Of a stretch of DNA of 64,000 bases, positions 55,560 to 64,000 are shown piece after piece (position 1 is the first letter of the stretch; each line of letters starts with the position of its first letter). The stretch spans positions 14,818,001 to 14,882,000 of the forward strand of contig OZ024754.1 of NCBI GenBank assembly GCA_964016885.1, read 5' to 3'. The notes beneath the pieces were generated by a model. The model saw only the letters and a program-made list of their open reading frames with translations. It was not told the DNA's origin and did not search any database. The translations under genes were made by a program, and so were the position numbers. Source of the stretch: Eledone cirrhosa (Eukaryota).

Positions 55560-55842
55560 TTCTTACATAATAAGGTTACGTACCCGAGGCAATCCAAATT
55601 GAATTGACAAGGGAACGGACAAAGCAGGTGTTCTTGAACCCTTCGCCCGTTCCCTTGTAAATCCCAATTCAACCCCACCGGTTAGCGCAGGCGCAAGTCC
55701 GAAGGAAGTTGACCATCCACTACTCCAAAACTCTACGAAACTCGACAAGGCAGCCCCCCCCCCCCTAACCTTTCAAAACTTCCTACTATAATTTAAACAT
55801 CTCTCTATTTATTTTTATTATATATATTTTATATTATATATA

Positions 55843-56008
55843 TTTTATCGACCCCGTAAGGATGAAAGGCAAAGTCAACCTCGGCGGGATCTGAGTTCAA
55901 ATCCCGCCGAGGTTGACTTTGCCTTTCATCCTTACGGGGTCGATAAAATAAAGTACCAGTAATGCACTGGGTAATTGCTGGCCTTGTGCCTAAAGTAGAA
56001 ACAATTAT
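55843..56008. mobile_element. SINE S1 with head-to-head inversion
   Basis: 48-bp perfect inverted arms around ctgagttcaa. Confidence 0.9.
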
Positions 56009-56455
56009 TTATTATATATATATTTTTTTATTTACTTCAATCAAGATTTTAACTTGTAATTTTTAATTTCTAATTTTCAATCATAATTTCCACTGTGAAA
56101 CCATAATATCTAGAATTAAGTTTATATTCTCTTAGCGGGTCCAAGCATAATTTAGGGGTCGTAGCGAGGACTATTGAAACTCATACTCTGCTACCAGCAC
56201 TAGCTTTCGGTCAACGGCCACTGGCAGGGCGACTAGCAGTAAACTATAACCGTGTCATAGTACCGACCTGGTGTGGGAGGACCTACCTAGGCGAGTTTCG
56301 AACCTGTATAATTACCTGCGCCTTCTGACTGCTCTATATTATATATATATATATAATTCAAGAAAGAAGAGTGACATGGTTGGCTATACATTAGGGGCTA
56401 TACTCTAACTGGACTACATCGAAGTGGACTGCCTATAACGATAACCTGTTATCCC

Positions 56456-56501
<46 letters not shown>

Positions 56502-56649
56502 CTGTTTCTACGTTAGGCACAAGGCCAGCAATTACCCAGTAGATTACTGGAACTTTATTTTATCGACCCCGTAAGGATGAAAGACAGAGTTAACCTCGGC
56601 GGAATATAACGATATATATATAGATATAACGATAACCTGTTATTATTCC

Positions 56650-56705
<56 letters not shown>

Positions 56706-56708
<3 letters not shown>

Positions 56709-56876
56709 TGTTTCTACTTTTTGGCAAAAGGCCAGCAATTATCCCAGTACATTACTGGTACTTTATTTGATCGACCCCGTAAGGATGAAAGGCAAAGTTA
56801 ACCTCGGCGGGAATTGAACTCGGATCGTAAAGGGACGTAACTATGCTGGAAAGCATAATCCGACCCTCTACCGATA
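56706..56876 (-). mobile_element. SINE S1 (partial copies also at 56502-56605 and 9278-9341)
   Basis: Homology to other S1 copies. Confidence 0.88.
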
Positions 56877-57200
56877 ATAATTCAAGGACGATTTGTTAAG
56901 CCTTCATTACATTTAATGATTGATGATGCGCGTTTCGCTATTGATCAGATCAAGATTCGATCTGTATCGATCTGGACGGACTCTGGAATCAAAATCTCGT
57001 CGGACCTCTGCGGTAGTAATGACAGAAACGTCCGGCTCGTTCATCAGATGAAATAGTTATAACGTTTCTGTAAGGATCGTCTAGTTTCCTGAAACCTTTG
57101 GTAATGGAATAATTATATTGTGTTGTTTATCATATAATTAGATAGCTCTGTACTATACATAGAGCACGCTATTTTCCTTTACCTTTTCTACGGTAATACT

Positions 57201-57314
<114 letters not shown>

Positions 57315-57748
57315 TTTGGGAGGGTCTAACTACCAATAAAAACACACGCACCTGTTGGTTTCGCTTCAATTTATTATAAATTTCCGGTTGATTGGTTGGT
57401 TCGATAACCAGATGGCTGCTTATATATTGTCAAAGCTCTTTCGTCACACATTCTGTGACCTCCTCTGTGACTGAGTTATTTTTTATTTTGTGTCTCCCCT
57501 TTGGCCTGTCCTACACCATCTTGCTTTTGTGTGTTGAAATTTAAAATAAATACATTTATTTGTTGCTGCTGCTACTGCGGCTACTACTACTGCTGCTGCT
57601 ACTGTTACTGCTGCTGCTGCTACTGTTACTGCTACTACTACTACTACTGCTACTATTTGAAGTTCTTACTGTCACTACTGCTGCTTTTGTTGGTGGTGCT
57701 GAGCTAGAGTTGCCATCAATGTTGTTATCTTTGTTGTTGATGTTGTTG

Positions 57749-57803
<55 letters not shown>

Positions 57804-58045
57804 GATGGTGAGAAAGTAAAAGGGTGGCGGTGGCGGGGTAGATAGAGATGTAGAGAGGGTAAAAGATAAGAAGCTGTCATTTCAACGTTTTCTTATCTTA
57901 ACATGTTTTCTTAACCGCTTCTCTAGAATCCAAAATGGCCTCCGTTAGATTTTGATGTTTTGGTTTTTTTTTTTGGTTCGTATCTTTCTCCTTTCTCCTC
58001 GGTTCCATCCTCTACAGCCCTCCTCCGTACATCCATCACCACCAC

Positions 58046-58105
<60 letters not shown>

Positions 58106-58557
58106 CATCACTAATACGACCTCCACGCTCTCATCATCATCATCATCATCATCGACATCCTTACCACAATCATCGTCAATACCACATCTACCACCACCAT
58201 CATCGCCGTCGTGTTTCTCCGCTTCTTTCTCCCCCTCATCAACAACAATAACACCAACAACAATAATAACATCACCACAACCTAGAACAGCACCATCCTC
58301 ATCATCACCATCAACAGCACCATCCTCATCATCACCATCACCATCACCAGCACCATCATCATCATCACCAGAATTCCTGCACTACTCCATAATTAACTAC
58401 AATCCATTCAAGCCAGCTGATCTCTTAAATTACAGAGAACAAACACAACTGATTTCCGTATGTTTCCGCCAATCTCCGTTATTTAATGTTCGTTAACTTT
58501 TTTCCTGCCACAAATTTACCGCATTCACATTCCCCCATCCCTCTCTATCTCTCTTTC

Positions 58558-58669
<112 letters not shown>

Positions 58670-59227
58670 TTTCTATTGTCTTCCCCCACCATTTTTTTCA
58701 TTCTTTTTGTAGGATCGCAGCCACGCAGGACACTTTTTCAAATTGATATGTATTTAAACTTTACACCGCCTGCGTTCTCTATTATCTCCCCTATCTTTCT
58801 CTTTCTCAGTTTCTCTCTGCTCTCTGTTCGTTGTGTCTATATATTTCTCACTTCGCCATCTGTGCATACTTTTTCTTCTTTGCTAATATGTTGGGCTTTG
58901 TTTCTATCTCTCCTGTTGCAGCATATTGGTTTATGGCAAAAGACCAATCATCCTGATGTGTCAATTTGTTACTGTCCTATGATGAGAAAGGACTGCATTG
59001 TGTTTCGGCCATTTCTCCCTTGTCTTCGTCCACTTTTTTTAAAATCATTTTGTATGATCTTAGCTACGAGAGACACTTTTCCAAATTGTTATATATATAA
59101 TTATATATATATATATATATATAATAATATAACAGGATCAAGCAGGAGAAAGCTCTGTACATTTGTAGTTTGCACGGGCAAAAGTACGTGTGTTTTTTCC
59201 TGCCGGCGGTATATCACAAAATCGAAT

Positions 59228-59329
59228 TTCATCTGAGGATACCGTTCCCATAACAACAACAACAACAACAACAAAAGCATGAACTCCATCTTGATTGCAT
59301 CGGAGAACCGTTGAAATAATTGTAATGAA
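59228..59329 (+). ncRNA. HHR (family P) with (CAA)n inside loop II; relative at 46186-46275
   Basis: uucau-CUGAGGA-uaccguuc...gaaccguu-GAAA-uaauug-UA-augaa. Confidence 0.72.
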
Positions 59330-59394
59330 TAAACTATTTATGTCAGCATCTTTATTAGTGTTATTATATATATATATATATAATAACACTAATA

Positions 59395-59588
59395 AAGGGC
59401 GGTGGATTGGCAGTATCGGTAGAGGGTCGGACGCTATGCTTTGACGTATAGAGTTACGGCCCTTGCCGTTCTGAGTTCAAATCCCGCCGAGGTTAACTTT
59501 GCCTTTCATCCTTACGGGGTCGATAAAATAAAGTACCAGTAATGCTCTGGTTAATTGCTGGCCTTGTGCCAAACGTAGAAACAATTAT
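59395..59588 (+). mobile_element. SINE S1, full length
   Basis: A and B boxes; ends in (TA)n. Confidence 0.9.
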
Positions 59589-59607
59589 ATATATATATAT
59601 ATATATT

Positions 59608-59983
59608 TATTAAAATAACAGATTAAAGTTTAAGTAAATAATCGCTGCTTTCACCCTTAACGGGATCTTCTGAAACTAACAAAGTCAATCTGTAAACGCA
59701 GAAGTGGATATTTCCCGTTCTTTGCCAGGGAACGTTTCCACGAACCAAAGTATCGTCTTCCTGTCTTCCTCCGGTTGCAACGTTTTTTTAAATATCCACT
59801 TCTGCGTTTACAGATTGACTTTGTTAGTTTCAGAAGATCCCGTTAAGGGTGAAAGCAGCGATTCTTTGCTTAAACTTTAATCTGTTATTTTAATAAATAT
59901 TTGCTCTACGGTTCTTATATATTTGATATATATTTATCCTTATCGAGCCCTCTTTCGATTTTAGTCTTCAAATTTATTATTAT

Positions 59984-59990
<7 letters not shown>
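59608..59990. mobile_element. Family G head-to-head insertion, HHR folds at 59627-59677 (-) and 59826-59876 (+), core CAGAAGA
   Basis: aguuu-CAGAAGA-uccc guuaa gggu-GAAA-gca..ugc-UU-aaacu. Fragments also at 6402-6470, 25250-25393 and 43085-43180. Confidence 0.8.
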
Positions 59991-60053
<63 letters not shown>

Positions 60054-60061
<8 letters not shown>

Positions 60062-60463
60062 AGAACAAAAGATGGTTAAAGGAGTTCCATGTATTTTATT
60101 ATGCGCATTTCAAAAACAAACATCATCATGCAATAATATTTGTGTTTTCATCAGATAAAACAGGAGGACATGATATGAAGGCTAAAAAACACTTGTGGAT
60201 AGTTCAGTTTTAAATCAACATATGAACTATCCACAAGTGTTTTTTAGCCTTCATATCATGTCCTCCTGTTTTATCTGATGAAAACACAAATATTATTGCA
60301 TGATGATATTTGTTTTTGAAATGCGCATAATAAAATACATGGAACTCCTTTAACCATCTTTTGTTCTTATATATTATGTATACTCCAGTCCTACAAACTG
60401 TAGAGTGCTTCTTATCCGATATCTGCATTGCTTTATTGTACTACAATAAAACTCACCTCCTAC

Positions 60464-60466
<3 letters not shown>
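60054..60466. mobile_element. Family B head-to-head insertion with two complete HHRs (60092-60162 -, 60267-60337 +)
   Basis: Long inverted arms; CUGAUGA at 60275-60281, GAAA at 60318-60321, palindromic UGCGCA in stem III. Confidence 0.9.
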
Positions 60467-60512
<46 letters not shown>

Positions 60513-60999
60513 TATACTTATATATGGTTTATATATAATTATAAATATGGAGGGTAGTACTAAGCACCGGTAAGAGAAAAGGCTCAATGTAAATTATCAA
60601 ATGTATTACAGAGCCGAGATGCAAAATATAAAACAAAATCAAATCTTAGTTTAAAACATTTAATTGCTGACAATTGTTTCCTCCAGATGAATGTCTGGAA
60701 GAAACAATTGTCAGCAATATATATATTTGTGTGTGTGCTGTGTGTGGTATGTGTGGGTGTGGGGGTGTGGGGGTGCTAGTTTGCATGTGTTGGTGTGGGT
60801 GAATGTCACATACGGAGATATCGATAGATATTGGATGATTTCCGAGTGGCGTCACAAGCGGAGGAATGTGAGTGGAATTGCAGATAAAAATGTGAGTGGG
60901 ATTTGATGTTCCTACAAATTGTATAATATTTCAACACCATCATCTTTGTAAGAAGGTGCGGGTACATTGTTTATTTTGCGTCTCTCTCTCTCTCTTTCT

Positions 61000-61084
<85 letters not shown>

Positions 61085-61244
61085 GGGGGGGGGGGTTGTT
61101 AGTGTGTGTGTAGGTGGTGCGTTTTGTTTTACACAAGGTTCACATGTTTTCTAAACATTGTATGACTAAGATATACGCTCCTTTCAAAATAGGTATATAC
61201 ATATGTGTGTGTGTGTGTGTCTGTGTGTGTGCGTGCGGTGTCTA

Positions 61245-61324
<80 letters not shown>

Positions 61325-61397
61325 TACATATATATATACATATATACATCAATATATATATATATATATATACATATATATATACATATATATACAT

Positions 61398-61454
<57 letters not shown>

Positions 61455-61531
61455 CATATATATATATACATATATATACATCAATATATATATATATATA
61501 TATACATACACATATATATATATATATACAT

Positions 61532-61600
<69 letters not shown>

Positions 61601-61791
61601 TATATATATATATAAGTGGTTACACAACAGTTAGTTCACCATGCCGAGAACAAACTGTTGTGTAACCACTTCTACCTAACTCGTCCCATGGACGGATATT
61701 TCCTTGCAGTGTTCCACCACTATATATACATATATATATCAGAATTAGCCGTCGAAACGGCTTGAGCTCAGCCGTCGGGGTCCTACTCGTT

Positions 61792-61859
<68 letters not shown>

Positions 61860-62219
61860 TATGTATATATGTGTGTGGGTTAAATTCCTATGATGTATTT
61901 CAGTAGTTGATATCCTCTCTTCCCCATCAGTTGACCTGTGTGAGGCAGACATATAATGGGGTGAGACTATTCCTTGTTTTTACGACAATATCAAATATAA
62001 TTTGCAGGGTATTTTAAAGGAAGTAGTATATAGTTTGAGTATTTAGTTGGTATTTCTATATTTCTACCAGTTTCATCCAACAAACAATGCGAGGACACCT
62101 ACAGTTAAATGTATACTCACTTATCAGTTTATGTCTGATCTCATTCGCCTGTAGTAACAGAAAAGCTGTCTAATCTAGAAATGTCTGTGTGTCTATGTGT
62201 ATGTATAAACTGTGAACAT

Positions 62220-62435
62220 TTAACCTTTTAGCATTTAAACCGGCCATATCCGGCCAGAATTCTCTCACCTCTTTCTGTTCAAACTGTCCATAACTAGCTG
62301 CTCATACTAATGTTAAGGTATTGTTCTCAAAATAAATAATATCGAAATCTCATAGATTCGATATTATGTGAGGTAAAGCCTTTTCTGTGAAAATACAACA
62401 GTAAGTACAGAGTAATGTGAATGCTAAAGGGTTAA
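62220..62435. mobile_element. piggyBac-type MITE, ~208 bp
   Basis: TTAA on both sides; TIRs ccttttagcatt / aatgctaaaggg. Confidence 0.85.
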
Positions 62436-62957
62436 AGAACTCAATGAAATATTTAACCATTTCATAAGTAAGTTGATGTTTCAAACATTGTATGTATGAT
62501 ATGTATGGACCCTTTAACTACAGATGGAGTCATAGGCTCGCCTTGTCTTGGACCTTTTTAACTTCGTAGAACTAACCTCTATTCCCCGGTCTGAACACAA
62601 GCGAATCCTTCCGGAGACAGAGAGGAAGATTGAGAGAGAGAGAGAAAGGAAGTGAGAAAGAAGAAGAATCGTTGCCAGTACTAGACTGGTAGATTTTTTA
62701 TCGACCTTGAATCGATGAAAGACAAAGTAGACCTCGGTGGAATTTGAACTAAGAAAACAGAGAGCTGAAACGAATACAACAAAGTATTCTATCTGACGTT
62801 CTAACGACTCTGCCAATTCACCGCCTTTTAATATAAATATGAACGTTTTAAAATGAGCAGTTATGTATGATATGATGAGCCGCGGTTTGAAACGAGTGTC
62901 AAAATGGTTAATATGATTCATGAATTCTAATTATCATCTCAACATGTCTTCCTGTGT

Positions 62958-64000
62958 CTTTCGTTTTTACCGTTGCCATGGGGACCAATACACTTCTCGT
63001 TTTTGCCATTGCCATGGTGACCAATACACTTCTCGTTTTTACTATTGCCATAGGGACCAGTAGACTTCTCGTTTTTACCATTGCCATGGGGACCAATACA
63101 CTTCTCGTTTTTGCCATTGCCATGGTGACCAATACACTTCTCGTTTTTACCATTGCCATGGGGACCAATACACTTCTCGTTTTTGCCATTGCCATGGTGA
63201 CCAATACACTTCTCGTTTTTACCATTGCCATGGGGACCAATACACTTCTCGTTTTTGCCATTGCCATGGGGACCAGTACACTTCTCGTTTTTGCCATTGC
63301 CATGGAGGCCAATACACTTCTCGTTTTTACTATTGCCATAGGGACCAGTACACTTCGCGTTTTTACCATTGCCATGGGGACCAGTACACTTCTCGTTTTT
63401 GCCATTGCCATGGTGACCAATACACTTCTCGTTTTTACCATTGCCATGGGGACCAGTACACTTCTCGTTTTTGCCATTGCCATGGTGACCAGTACACTTC
63501 TCGTTTTTACCATTGCCATGGTGACCAATACACTTCTCATTTTTACCATTGCCATGGAGGCCAATACACTTCTCGTTTTTACTATTGCCATAGGGACCAG
63601 TACACTTCTCGTTTTTACCATTGCCATGGGGACCAATACACTTCTCGTTTTTGCCATTGCCATGGGGACCAGTACACTTCTCGTTTTTACCATTGCCATG
63701 GGGACCAATACACTTCTCGTTTTTGCCATTGCCATGGTGACCAATACACTTCTCGTTTTTACCATTGCCATGGGGACCAATACACTTCTCGTTTTTGCCA
63801 TTGCCATGGTGACCAATACACTTCTCGTTTTTACCATTGCCATGGGGACCAATACACTTCTCGTTTTTGCCATTGCCATGGGGACCAGTACACTTCTCGT
63901 TTTTGCCATTGCCATGGAGGCCAATACACTTCTCGTTTTTACTATTGCCATAGGGACCAGTACACTTCGCGTTTTTACCATTGCCATGGGGACCAGTACA
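62958..64000. repeat. 36-bp satellite cttctcgtttttaccattgccatggggaccaataca, running off the window
   Basis: Tandem array with recurrent variants. Confidence 0.97.

Noticed and set aside
57923-58496. Acidic or Ser-rich ORFs
   Set aside because: Explained by (CAT/CAC)n trinucleotide mosaics.

Overview
Very AT-rich, microsatellite-saturated eukaryotic DNA. The SINE families and repeat landscape suggest an octopus/cephalopod genome (inference). No host protein-coding gene is supportable, and almost all tracked ORFs are translations of simple repeats. The one real long ORF is an uninterrupted Penelope-like retroelement (PLE; RT plus C-terminal GIY-YIG endonuclease, minus strand, 26960-29122). Around it the (TA)n tracts hold short 3'-end fragments of more than a dozen mutually dissimilar PLE-type families, which share three recurring features: (i) a type I hammerhead ribozyme (HHR), often minimal with a palindromic stem III and sometimes with a variant core (U3-A8, U4C, U4A); (ii) a downstream conserved bulged hairpin, RCUC-[stem-loop]-UN-GAGY, with A-U/G-C covariation; (iii) a head-to-head inverted architecture with both 3' ends facing outward into (TA)n, sometimes joining two different families or a SINE. 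Also present: two tRNA-derived SINE families, RTE, Tx1/L1 and R4/Dong-like LINE 3' fragments, hAT and piggyBac-type MITEs, and several satellites. Family letters (A-P, S1, S2) are my own labels. All folds were read by eye, not computed.
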